In this document: one piece after another, positions 40,254 through 49,862 of the stretch | How positions within the stretch are numbered: position 1 is the first letter of the stretch | Layout of the letters: each line of letters starts with the position of its first letter | Assembly (NCBI GenBank): GCA_963662315.1 | Contig: OY759353.1 | Coordinates: 640,001 to 704,000 of the forward strand | Direction: 5' to 3' | Source: Geopsychrobacteraceae bacterium | Lineage (GTDB): Bacteria > Desulfobacterota > Desulfuromonadia > Desulfuromonadales > Geopsychrobacteraceae | Length of the DNA: 64,000 nucleotides | Program-made: the position numbers and the translations under genes | Notes under the pieces: model-generated | Databases searched by the model: none | What the model saw: only the letters and a program-made list of their open reading frames with translations | Told to the model about the DNA's origin: nothing

Positions 40254-40303
40254 CTCTCTACAGAGAAGGATTAATAGTTCTTCTTTGTAGAGGGGTTCGT
40301 TTT
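40254..40303 (+). terminator. Terminator hairpin after the PEP-CTERM gene
   Basis: CTCTCTACAGAGAAGGA/TTCTTCTTTGTAGAGGG stem. Confidence 0.6.
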
Positions 40304-40655
40304 AGCTCCTGTGCGTATTTGTCAATTAATTCTCCCACTTTAATAACATCTGCTCTTTTTCTATTTCATAGTCACAAAACATATATGTTCTGTTGATTTT
40401 TCCAAAAGAGTGCCCCAACAACGCGGTTATGTTCATGAGAAACCTATTCTTATTTAAATTCTTAGGGTAGATCCTAGGGTAGCTTTTATCGATTATTTAA
40501 CTATACCTGTCGTGTCCCTTTGTATATAGGATATTTTGTGCAGCCATAAAACCGCCCTCCCTTATGAATTCCTCTTTTGCAGCTCTAATAACCATTGGAT
40601 TTCCACATATTGGAAAGGTGTTGCTGTCTTCGATTCTGATTGTTCCTTGAAAAGT

Positions 40656-40763
40656 GGTAATCATCCCATTTTTAACAGGGCTCAAAAGTAGGGTTCAGGC
40701 CGCCATGGCCAGTTTCAGTTTTGGTGTCATTCCACCGTTTGCCATATTCGGTCGTTCATTGTT
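40656..40763 (-). mobile_element. IS3-family remnant (transposase C-terminus plus right end)
   Basis: Minus strand encodes NNERPNMANGGMTPKLKLAMAA*, followed by the terminus-like CTACTTTTGAGCCCTGTTAAAAATGGGATGATTACC. Confidence 0.7.
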
Positions 40764-40775
40764 AAATAAATATTG

Positions 40776-40995
40776 GAGGGTGTTCAAAATTCTGTGTCAC
40801 GTTCATAGGCTGAGGTGTTTTTCCAGCCGATCCGGAAAATGGATGGTCAGCTGAGCCAGCGTCAGATTCCAGTTCTGAATCGGATGTGTTCAACACTCGG
40901 AGGCCTTGAGTATGCCAGCGTAAAGCAGCTTCAGCAAGCTGTTTTCATTGGCGAAGCCACCCTGGGTCTTGGTCGGTTTGCGCAGTTCGTCAATG
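40776..40995 (-). mobile_element. IS256-family remnant (transposase C-terminus plus right end)
   Basis: Minus strand encodes LRKPTKTQGGFANENSLLKLLYAGILKASEC*THPIQNWNLTLAQLTIHFPDRL. The end is GAGGGTGTTCAAAATTCTGTGTCA. Confidence 0.8.
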
Positions 40996-41318
40996 AAACC
41001 ATGCTTTATCGCGCTTTCGGGGGTAACACATCAATTGCTGATGTGCAGTTGTCTATCAATGATAGTAATACTTCAGATTGAACGTGCACCATGCCGAAAT
41101 GTCAGAGAAACTATTTAATAATAAGTACTTAAGAAAACGAAGCCTTGCCAATGATATGTGAAAAGACTATAAAGATGAAATGAACAATGCGTTGATCCTT
41201 ATCATTGAAGATGCACCCATTATCAGCCAGCTAAGCGCACACACTGCGGGCATCGCTCCAGGGCTGGCTCAGTGCGCGACAACACCCGATTCTAAACGAA
41301 AGCTGCGGAACTCCAGTT

Positions 41319-42173
41319 ATGACCATACGACGCAACGCTATTCTTATTTTCAGTAAGCCTCCCGTTCCCGGCCTTGTAAAAACCCGGTTGAGCACCATTA
41401 AGGACGGGTGGTACACACCGCAGATTGCTGCCTGGCTCTACCAATGCATGTTCTTTGACGTGCTGGAAATCACCTGTGACGCGCTTGCCGAACTGGAAGC
41501 GAAGCAAGCAGTGGTGGGACGGCCCGGCGATGTGGAAGACGTTTACGACATTTTTATTTCGACAACCCCCGCAGAGAATATTTCAGTCATGACGCAGGTC
41601 CTTGCGGACTCCGAACCGTGGCCGAGGGAGTTCACGGTCATCAGCGATACTGGTGCGAGCTTTGACGAACATTATAACCATGCCTTTGAGCAGGTCTTTG
41701 AGCGGGGATATGCCACGATTCTGTCGTACGGCGGCGATATGCCAACCCTGGAGAAGTCCGTTGTCATCGAAGGCTTTGAAAAACTGCAACGCCTGTGCGA
41801 CATGGAGGGTGGAGGTATCGTGCTTTCCCCAGATCAGCAGATGGGTGTCTCTCTCGTTGGCTGGACCAAGGACACCCGCATCGATCACACCGGTGTCTTC
41901 TACAACCCCGATGGCTTGACCGTGCTCCCCGCCTACATTCAGAAGGCCACAGCAAATGAGATCCCCGCGCTCTACCTGACCGCTGTGCCCGATGTGGACA
42001 CGATGCTCGATTTGCTGCATGCCATGACCCTGATGGAAGCCATGGAGTATTGCGCCCGCTTCGAGAACATTACGGTACCCTCACGCACGCTCGCCGCAGT
42101 ACGGGACCTCGGAATCGAGGTCATCGTGCCGCCAAACGAGCTGCGGGACTCCCGCGAAGGAATCGACGTCTGA
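41319..42173 (+). CDS. DUF2064 / TIGR04282-like (CofC-related, GT-A fold) transferase
   Basis: ILIFSKPPVPGLVKTRL N-terminus, GGDMP and PDVDTMLDL. Confidence 0.8.
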   Translation: MTIRRNAILIFSKPPVPGLVKTRLSTIKDGWYTPQIAAWLYQCMFFDVLEITCDALAELEAKQAVVGRPGDVEDVYDIFISTTPAENISVMTQVLADSEPWPREFTVISDTGASFDEHYNHAFEQVFERGYATILSYGGDMPTLEKSVVIEGFEKLQRLCDMEGGGIVLSPDQQMGVSLVGWTKDTRIDHTGVFYNPDGLTVLPAYIQKATANEIPALYLTAVPDVDTMLDLLHAMTLMEAMEYCARFENITVPSRTLAAVRDLGIEVIVPPNELRDSREGIDV

Positions 42174-42221
42174 CCGCGATTGAAGGATCACGGTATTGCA
42201 CCGCAGCACATAATTTAGTTT

Positions 42222-43349
42222 CTATACAGTTTGTTTTGCTGCTATTACCCTGTTACGCCCCTCGGTCTTTGCTCTATACAGGGCATCATCGGCTCTTGAC
42301 AGAAGTTCTTCCTCCCGTTCCTGTGGCCGCCAAGTCGCAACACCGAAGCTACACGTTTTTTGTCCGACATTGGGGAATGAGTATTCAGAGATAACATAAC
42401 GTAACTTTTCGGCCAGAATCACAGCGCTTTCTATATCATTTTCCAACGTGATGATTAGAAACTCTTCTCCACCCCATCGGCCAACAGTATCGGCTTCACG
42501 TACATTTTCTTGAAGAATCTTTGCGATATGCTGTAAGACCTGATCCCCAACCATATGGCCATATTTATCATTAACTGTTTTAAAATGATCGATATCAAAA
42601 AGGATGACAGAGAATTTGGAATGATAACGTTTGGCGCGCTTTATTTCATGATGTAGGGTGTTGTCCAGTTTCATTCGGTTGAACAATCCAGTCAGTTTGT
42701 CCGTAATTGACAACTTCTCCAACTCTTTTGTTCGCTCCAAAACCTGGCGCTCAAGATCACGCTTATTCTGTTGGGCTTGGGACAACGCATTGCTCAAATG
42801 GGTGTTCACCATCATGTTCGCACCAACTGGTGTGGCAAAGGCGGCCAACAGCGCCAACAAAAATGTTAACCATTGTAAAGGATTAACAGAAACCGCTAAA
42901 ATATCTATTTTCCCAACTATTTGTCCATTGACAAAAGCGTAAGCGATCCATGTTGCCAGCGCAAAAGTAATGACGATGTACAAAATGGCCATACGAAATC
43001 TGAAAAAAATAACAACCAGTGTCGGTGTAATAGATAGAAAAGGAATAGCACCCGAAATCATACCGAGAGTGGACAAGCCCGCCAGTCCGACGGCTGTTAG
43101 CATGAATATAAGATATCCTGCTCGAAGGTGGTAAGAGGTGGAATTTCTGAAAAGAAGCAAAATCCAGAGCAGCGATACAAACACGACATGAAGCCCCATG
43201 TCCCACTTCCAGCCTATTGTCGGTATGCGCGCTAAACTGGCAATTAAGGCCGGAATTGCAAACAGGGCTAAGACTATCAGGGTGAAATTACAAACTTTGT
43301 CCTGAACGGATCTGAGTTCCATATTTGCCCTTGTTGTTGTGAAAAACAT
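42222..43349 (-). CDS. Membrane-bound diguanylate cyclase (GGDEF)
   Basis: About 6 TM helices, DKLTGLFNR, DIDHFKTVND, READ I-site and GGEEF. Confidence 0.93.
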   Translation of the reverse strand: MFFTTTRANMELRSVQDKVCNFTLIVLALFAIPALIASLARIPTIGWKWDMGLHVVFVSLLWILLLFRNSTSYHLRAGYLIFMLTAVGLAGLSTLGMISGAIPFLSITPTLVVIFFRFRMAILYIVITFALATWIAYAFVNGQIVGKIDILAVSVNPLQWLTFLLALLAAFATPVGANMMVNTHLSNALSQAQQNKRDLERQVLERTKELEKLSITDKLTGLFNRMKLDNTLHHEIKRAKRYHSKFSVILFDIDHFKTVNDKYGHMVGDQVLQHIAKILQENVREADTVGRWGGEEFLIITLENDIESAVILAEKLRYVISEYSFPNVGQKTCSFGVATWRPQEREEELLSRADDALYRAKTEGRNRVIAAKQTV

Positions 43350-43759
43350 TCTAGGATAAGCGTCACCTTGATCGTCATTAGATTTGTATAATCATAACCC
43401 ATTTCACATAAATTTAAAGGGAAATTCTTTCATAGGAAGAGATAGACAAGCGGGTGAACAGGGTATTTTTTAAGGATCGAAATATTGAATGTACTGAAGG
43501 GATGAATCAAACCTTTTAAATCGTAGCTCATAATACTCCGGCAAAACCGGGTGATATTTATCTTGAAATTATCTACTTTTGGCCATGTTGCTTGTGGCTA
43601 TCTGGTTTGTCCAGTTCCTTGGGGGGGAGATTGGAGACAAAACATTCTGTGACCTTAGTCGTCTTGTCTTTCCATGGTACTTATGACAAACTACGCCCCC
43701 ATAATGGCTGTTTGGGCTACTCGTTAAGGGTGCGGGGAGGGGGCGGATGTGGCAAGCTG

Positions 43760-43972
43760 ATGGGCAGCTGTCAGGAGGTTTCTTTTGCAAATTGCTGCGC
43801 CAAAAAAGCCAGGCGTTTTCTCGCTTACCAGCCACAGGTGAAACTCGAAGAAGGCTTGGCGGTTATGATCGATTGGATAAAATCGCCAGGTCCACGCCCT
43901 TTTTTACATAATGTCGCGTTGGAAATTAACGGAGCGCTTGCGCCGCAAACATGGTCGAAGAAGATACTGTGA
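43760..43972 (+). pseudogene. C-terminal fragment of an NAD-dependent epimerase/dehydratase
   Basis: QEVSFANCCAKKARRFLAYQPQVKLEEGLAVMIDWIK matches an extended-SDR C-terminus; no Rossmann N-terminus lies upstream. Confidence 0.65.
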
Positions 43973-45240
43973 CAAGCCTGACATCTGACATAACAGATAG
44001 CGCGCAACTGGTAAGCGAGGTCATTGGTGAATTTTCTGAAGCAGCCGCTTTGCAGGGAACGCTGCATCTGCCCGGCGTGCGCGATGTTTATCGTTCCAGA
44101 TTGGAGCATGTTGTTCTGTTGGCTGAAGGGGCGCTTGACAACACAGTCGACAGTAAAGACGTTGCGGCGCTTCAATGGGTGTTGGTCCAGGCCCAGGGAG
44201 CCCGAGCCGAAGATGCTCGCTATGGTGCCGGCCAACTTGCGCGCGGATCGCAGCGAGCGCCGACATTAGCTGACTGTGAAGATGGCTGGCAGCGGGTGGA
44301 GCAGATCGTTTGCACTGCAGAATGGGCAGCAGAAGAGGCCACACGCCTCGCCTGTCAACTTAATACGGGTAAAGCCAGAGCGATTGCCCGCAGGGCTGAA
44401 GTTGCGGCACATGCAGCCAGGGCCATCGTTTCAGAGCGTAACTGTTCATATACCTTTCATGCCGATCCCGGTTTCTCGTTTGGTGAAGGCTGGTACTTGG
44501 CGGCTGCGGCACTGTTTGCCGGGCTTACCATCCAGATTCGACCTGGCGCTGTCCAGGAACAGCAGGCCAGGCATTTCCTGTGTACTGCCGGGTTAGAAGC
44601 GTCGCTGCGATCATATCGGTCTCGCCCGGCGAGTCCGAAGCATTTGACGCAAATTATCGCCGAAGCGTTTCACGCCGATGCTGCAGGTTCACAGTTCAAA
44701 CTGCGTACTTCTTTTCTTGGTAATGAGGCGCCATCAGCGGCTTTAAAAGGCTGGATCTCTGACAAGTTGGGGGGGCTTCACGAGCAGAAGGTGTTGCTTT
44801 GGGTGCGAACGGGTGATCACGATGCTAAGCGTAATACCTGCTTCACTGAGTTGCGCGAACTGACTGATTTGGTGCTGAGTGCCGGACTCATTCCGATCTA
44901 TTTCGGTGATGCTGTTCCTTCCGACCTTATTGCATCGCGGGCCGTAAATCTATCCCTGTGCTGGAAAGAGTCCCTTTTTCAGGGGCCGGATATGCGTCGG
45001 GCTCAATTACAACTGTTCGAAGAAATGCGATGTCGTTACGGCTTAGTGGGCCAGATTGGTGTAACCACGGCTGGTATGGATGGCCCGGCGCTTATGGGGT
45101 TGCCCACCCTTTATCTCACCCAGGAACCGAATGTCCGGTTGGGCAAGTGGGTGGGAGCCGTTCCTGGATATCAAGAAGTTGTACGCATGCCGGGTTATTT
45201 AGAAACTATTCGCACCACCCTGCAACAGTGGCAGCGGTGA
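43969..45240 (+). CDS. Hypothetical protein: Ala-rich helical N-domain plus GT-B-like C-domain
   Basis: Long ORF whose GTG start overlaps the epimerase TGA (GTGA). C-terminal IGVTTAGMDGPALMGLPTLYL resembles a GT-B nucleotide-sugar binding motif. Confidence 0.7.
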   Translation: MTSLTSDITDSAQLVSEVIGEFSEAAALQGTLHLPGVRDVYRSRLEHVVLLAEGALDNTVDSKDVAALQWVLVQAQGARAEDARYGAGQLARGSQRAPTLADCEDGWQRVEQIVCTAEWAAEEATRLACQLNTGKARAIARRAEVAAHAARAIVSERNCSYTFHADPGFSFGEGWYLAAAALFAGLTIQIRPGAVQEQQARHFLCTAGLEASLRSYRSRPASPKHLTQIIAEAFHADAAGSQFKLRTSFLGNEAPSAALKGWISDKLGGLHEQKVLLWVRTGDHDAKRNTCFTELRELTDLVLSAGLIPIYFGDAVPSDLIASRAVNLSLCWKESLFQGPDMRRAQLQLFEEMRCRYGLVGQIGVTTAGMDGPALMGLPTLYLTQEPNVRLGKWVGAVPGYQEVVRMPGYLETIRTTLQQWQR

Positions 45241-45280
45241 CCTCATAGGCTGATCCTTTTTTGCAACCGATCATTATGGA

Positions 45281-45314
45281 ATCAAACCGCCAGACTCTGC
45301 TGGCGGTTTGATTT
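45281..45314. terminator. Bidirectional terminator
   Basis: Perfect stem ATCAAACCGCCAG/CTGGCGGTTTGAT between convergent genes. Confidence 0.8.
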
Positions 45315-45335
45315 ATCTAGGGAAACAATATGGTT

Positions 45336-46676
45336 TTAATTTTTCTGTGAGCTAAAGAAGTCCCGGGTCGTTTTGACAATTACCGGGGACAGGAAGATCA
45401 GTCCGATAAGGTTAGGAATGGCCATGAGTCCATTAAACAGATCGGACAAGGCCCAGGCCAGATCGAGTTTCATTTGCGCCCCGAAAAAGACTATGGCAAC
45501 AAAGATAATACGGTAGGGCGTGACCATGCTGCGTCCGAACAGGTATTCGATCGATTTCTCACCATAATAGGACCAGCCAAGGATTGTGGAGTAGGCAAAC
45601 AGAATCAAACCTATGGTAACAACATAGTTGCCATAGGGCATTTCTGCGTTAAAAGCTATAGTCGTTAGTTCTGCTCCATTAGCTCCTGAGTTCCATGTGC
45701 CACTTAAGATCAGAACCAGACCGGTCATGGTACAGACGATAATGGTATCGATAAAGGTTTGGGTCATGGAGACCAATGCTTGGGAGACCGGATGACGGGT
45801 TTGCGCTGCCGCCGCCGCAATAGGAGCACTCCCCAGGCCCGATTCATTGGAAAAGACACCCCTGGCAACACCCATTCTGATGGCGAGCATAACGCCGGCA
45901 CCAGCAAAACCTCCACTGGCAGCGGTGGGCGTAAAGGCTGACTGGACGATCAGGGCCAGGGCGGCGGGAATCTCCGTAAAGTGGTTAGCGATGATATAGA
46001 GGCTGCCGGCAACATAAAAAACGATCATAGCCGGGACGATCACACTGGTGACGCGGCCGATGCTCTTGATACCGCCCAGGACAACCAAGGCTGTCAATAG
46101 CATGAGGCTCAGACCGGTTATATGAGGGGCTATGCCAAAGGACGCTTCTACGGCATCAGCGACGGAATTGGCCTGGACCATATTGCCAATACCAAAGGAG
46201 GCCATGACGGCAAACACGGCGAAGGCGACTCCCAGCCATTTCCAGCCGAGCCCTTTGGTGATGTAGTACATTGGACCACCACACATTTCACCTCTTTCAT
46301 CCTGCTCGCGGTATTTGACCGCCAGTACCGCTTCACTGTATTTCGTTGCCATACCGACCAGACCTGTAAGCCACATCCAGAATAGCGCTCCGGGGCCACC
46401 TGTCGCCAGGGCCGTAGCTACACCAGCGATATTTCCGGTTCCAACTGTTGCGGAAAGGGCTGTCATCAAGGCTTGGAAATGGCTGATATCACCAGGTTCA
46501 TCAGTACTTTCCTTACGTTTCACCAAGGCCAGCCACAGGGAATAGACCAGTTTGTTAAATTGGATACCGCGTAAGGCGATGGTGAGATAGACCCCGGTGC
46601 CGAACAGGAAGATCAGCATCCACGGCCCCCAGGCAAATGATCCCAGGGCGTTGATGATTGCTTCGATGCGTTTCAT
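45336..46676 (-). CDS. alsT: Sodium:alanine/glycine symporter (AlsT/AgcS family)
   Basis: [28 protein letters not shown] and [14 protein letters not shown]. Confidence 0.93.
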   Translation of the reverse strand: MKRIEAIINALGSFAWGPWMLIFLFGTGVYLTIALRGIQFNKLVYSLWLALVKRKESTDEPGDISHFQALMTALSATVGTGNIAGVATALATGGPGALFWMWLTGLVGMATKYSEAVLAVKYREQDERGEMCGGPMYYITKGLGWKWLGVAFAVFAVMASFGIGNMVQANSVADAVEASFGIAPHITGLSLMLLTALVVLGGIKSIGRVTSVIVPAMIVFYVAGSLYIIANHFTEIPAALALIVQSAFTPTAASGGFAGAGVMLAIRMGVARGVFSNESGLGSAPIAAAAAQTRHPVSQALVSMTQTFIDTIIVCTMTGLVLILSGTWNSGANGAELTTIAFNAEMPYGNYVVTIGLILFAYSTILGWSYYGEKSIEYLFGRSMVTPYRIIFVAIVFFGAQMKLDLAWALSDLFNGLMAIPNLIGLIFLSPVIVKTTRDFFSSQKN

Positions 46677-47162
46677 TAGACCTTTTCTCCATTGAAAATT
46701 ATAGCTATGCAGGCATAAGCCCAAATAATTCAACGTTGAATCATGGACCCATGAATGAGACCACCACAGCAACGGACAGACCTCGTCATCTTGCCAGGTG
46801 TAATAAGACTGCTTACGGGACCTTTTTGGCGTTGCAGAGTTGCAGCAAAGGACTGGGTAAAGGAGTCAGGCTGGTGCAGGGTGTTTGTCTCATTTTAGCG
46901 AAGTGGTTTTTATACACCAAACAATCCCTGAATTGCCAGTTTTTCTAACCTGAATAGTTTTTTAGTGGACGCAACAATTTTTAAAAACATGGTTGCTACA
47001 TAAGTTCAGGCTGGTTAGACTATCGGGCTTTGATACTTGAACAGGATTTTGGCATCAATAACAAGGGTGTTATTGATGATTCGGAGTGTATTTTAGAATC
47101 CTGCTCACTGTCTGTAAAGCCTGTATCTAACTGCCACAGGTGACAACTCAAAGGAGAGTTTC

Positions 47163-48644
47163 ATGTCAACCGTTAAAACCCAACTCACAAGCGAGAAGCC
47201 GACTCCTTCGTTCGCTTTGTCGTTGGCTGTTTTTCTGATCTGTACTTTTACTATCGGTTTCTCTGTTATTGGTCTTGGGCTCGACGCCCATATTCCCATG
47301 ATTATATCCGCGGCTATCTGCGCGTGTTCTGGTACCCTCATAGTTAAAATGCCGTGGCGCGACATTGAAAAGGGGATCGTCTCCGGTATTACAGCAGCAC
47401 TGATTCCCATTGTTATTCTTATGCTGGTGGGGTTGCTGGTCGGTAGCTGGATCGCCTCTGGCACGGTTCCGACGCTGATTTATTACGGTCTGAAATTGCT
47501 CTCGCCAAAATTTTTCATGGTTGCTGCACTGTATTTATGCGCTATTGTCGCTTTGGCGACTGGATCTTCATGGACGACGGCCGGTACCGTTGGCTTGGCC
47601 CTTATGGGGATCGGCGGAGCCTTGGGAATTCCGGCTCCGATGACCGCTGGCGCCGTTGTCTCCGGCTCCTATTTTGGTGATAAGATGTCTCCTCTTTCCG
47701 ATACCACGAACCTTGCTCCGGCTATTGCAGGGAGTGATCTGTTTGATCATATTCGTGCTATGCTCTGGACAACCTTCCCGACTCTTATCGTTGTCAGTCT
47801 GGTTTACCTGGTTATGGGCCTGCGTTTCGATGCCAGTCTGTCCACAGCCGAACAGATCAATCTGATTTGCACAACGTTGAGCGCTAACTACTCTCTTGGC
47901 CTATTGACTTTGCTACCGCCAGTTTTTGTCTTGTTTGCAGCGGCTAAAAAGCTCCCCGCAATTCCGTCTCTGGTTATTGCCGTGGTGGTCGCAAGTATTA
48001 TCGCTCTCGGTTTGCAGGGCGTTGGTTTTGCAAAGTTAATGGGCATTCTTCACTATGGATTTGAGTCGGAAACCGGAGTGGCAGTGGTTGATAAATTATT
48101 GTCGCGTGGTGGTCTTGATCTCATGATGTGGACAATCTCCCTGATAATTTGTGCTCTTTCTTTCGGTGGGATCATGGAATGTTGCGGTTTTCTTGACAGT
48201 ATCCTGAACACCATGCACGGATTGATTCGTAAGCCGAGCACCCTGATCGGATCAACCCTGCTGTCGGGTTTTCTCGGTAACGTGCTGCTTGGGGATCAGT
48301 TCCTTGGCATTATCGTTCCCGGACGCACCTTTAAACCAGCCTATGAAAAGATGGGACTGGCACCACGCATGTTGTCCAGAACCCTGGAAGATAGTGGTAC
48401 TCTGACGTCGGCACTGATCCCCTGGACTGCTTGTGGTGCCTATATGCACGGAGTCCTGGGGATCAGTGCTTTTAGTTATGCTCCCTATGCAATACTCAAT
48501 TGGTTGTGTCCTTTAGTTGCCTTCGCTATGACGCTCATGGGGGTTGGTGTTTTCTGGCGTAAGGCCGATGGAACTATCACCCGGAACAGACAGGAGGCAG
48601 CGCCAAGTAAGACAACTGTTACGGCAGCCCTTCTGGAGAGTTAA
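47163..48644 (+). CDS. nhaC: NhaC-family antiporter / amino-acid transporter
   Basis: GTVPTLIYYGL, GSSWTT, GDKMSPLSDTT and SRTLEDSGT. Confidence 0.9.
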   Translation: MSTVKTQLTSEKPTPSFALSLAVFLICTFTIGFSVIGLGLDAHIPMIISAAICACSGTLIVKMPWRDIEKGIVSGITAALIPIVILMLVGLLVGSWIASGTVPTLIYYGLKLLSPKFFMVAALYLCAIVALATGSSWTTAGTVGLALMGIGGALGIPAPMTAGAVVSGSYFGDKMSPLSDTTNLAPAIAGSDLFDHIRAMLWTTFPTLIVVSLVYLVMGLRFDASLSTAEQINLICTTLSANYSLGLLTLLPPVFVLFAAAKKLPAIPSLVIAVVVASIIALGLQGVGFAKLMGILHYGFESETGVAVVDKLLSRGGLDLMMWTISLIICALSFGGIMECCGFLDSILNTMHGLIRKPSTLIGSTLLSGFLGNVLLGDQFLGIIVPGRTFKPAYEKMGLAPRMLSRTLEDSGTLTSALIPWTACGAYMHGVLGISAFSYAPYAILNWLCPLVAFAMTLMGVGVFWRKADGTITRNRQEAAPSKTTVTAALLES

Positions 48645-48674
48645 TAATGCTATACCCATAAGAGGCACAATTTC

Positions 48675-49142
48675 CTAATTTGCTTTAAGAAAGTCGAGAA
48701 CGTCTTGGGGATGTGTCTCGGCTTTTTTAACTGCTGTCCAGTGTTTGAGTACGATTCCATCAGGTCCGACAACTACAGTAGAGCGGATGGTGCCTTGGGT
48801 CACCTTTCCGTACATCTTCTTTTCACCAAAAGCGCCGTAAGCCTGCATCATGCTGGTGTCGGGATCTGACAGCAGTACAAAAGGCAGGCCGAAGGCGCTA
48901 ATGAATTTGTCGTGGGCAGCGAGGGAGTCTTTGCTGACGCCGAGAACGCTAACATCAAGATTTTGCAATTCTGCATGCAGATCTCGGAAGGAGCAGGCTT
49001 CCTTGGTGCATCCTGGAGTGTTGTCCCTGGGGTAGAAATAGATGACGATGGTTTTTCCTGCGTAGTCGCGCAGAGAATGAGTTTTTCCGTCGCTCCCCGC
49101 CAAAGAAAAATCGGGTGCTTTTTGACCTACAAGATTTTCCAT
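48675..49142 (-). CDS. bcp: Bcp-type peroxiredoxin
   Basis: YFYPRDNTPGCTKEACSFRD. Confidence 0.95.
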   Translation of the reverse strand: MENLVGQKAPDFSLAGSDGKTHSLRDYAGKTIVIYFYPRDNTPGCTKEACSFRDLHAELQNLDVSVLGVSKDSLAAHDKFISAFGLPFVLLSDPDTSMMQAYGAFGEKKMYGKVTQGTIRSTVVVGPDGIVLKHWTAVKKAETHPQDVLDFLKAN

Positions 49143-49280
49143 TGTATATTCTCCTGTTTGATAAAAGCCATGTGATGATAAGCTCGTCTAATCGTGGGTG
49201 GAACAATTACTGTGATTCTGGCATAAATGAGCTTTATAATGCTATATGTGGGTAAGATTCCTCGTTATTAAAGGTGGTTT

Positions 49281-49766
49281 ATGTGGCGCAGAAAAGAAAA
49301 AATTCTCCATGAAGAGCAGCTTAAGCAGGCGATAACAGATTCCATTCAGACGGAAAAGAATGCCATGGACTTTTATCGCTATGCCGCTGACAGGACCTTT
49401 AATGATCGACCGCGTTTAACCTTTATATTATTGGCTCGGGAAGAACGTGAGCATGCTCGTTCTTTTTATAATGTGTACCGGTGGGATGATTTGCCACCCT
49501 TTGACGACTTGATAACCATCCCGCCCGATGAAAATTCAGATTGGCTTCAGGAGCTGAAGGAGGCGATGCCGGGCGAGTTTAATGAAGAACAGGTTCTGGC
49601 TTTTGCTATAAAGCGGGAGCGAGCTCTTGAGGAACGGTTGCGGCACTATGCCGAGCAGATTGAGGATGAGGTTGTGCGCAACGTTTACCTGACCAACGCT
49701 AATATGACCCAACGCCACCTTGAATTGATCACAAAAGATTACAATCTTGCTCATGAGCTCGATTAA
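49281..49766 (+). CDS. Ferritin-like (rubrerythrin family) protein
   Basis: EKNAMDFY and LAREEREH motifs; the second half is degenerate. Confidence 0.75.
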   Translation: MWRRKEKILHEEQLKQAITDSIQTEKNAMDFYRYAADRTFNDRPRLTFILLAREEREHARSFYNVYRWDDLPPFDDLITIPPDENSDWLQELKEAMPGEFNEEQVLAFAIKRERALEERLRHYAEQIEDEVVRNVYLTNANMTQRHLELITKDYNLAHELD

Positions 49767-49862
49767 AATAAGCCGTTTCCTAAGTCGTTCCTTTGATAAA
49801 ATACACCATGAATTATTTGCGATGGTAAATTGACGTTTCAAATCTCAGATTGAGTATGCCTA

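Noticed and set aside
41192..41205. FNR-like box TTGAT-CCTT-ATCAT
   Set aside because: It is imperfect and lies within codons (LILII) of the response-regulator relic.
43603..43725. Possible IS remnant (TGTCCAGTTCCTTGGGG; YDKLRPHNG)
   Set aside because: Too short and degenerate to support without a database search.
36520..45314. attL/attR duplication of the tRNA-Gly 3' end
   Set aside because: I found no second copy by eye and no integrase in the window.
46677..47162. Glycine or lysine riboswitch, or T-box, upstream of alsT or nhaC
   Set aside because: The conserved core motifs were not seen on either strand.
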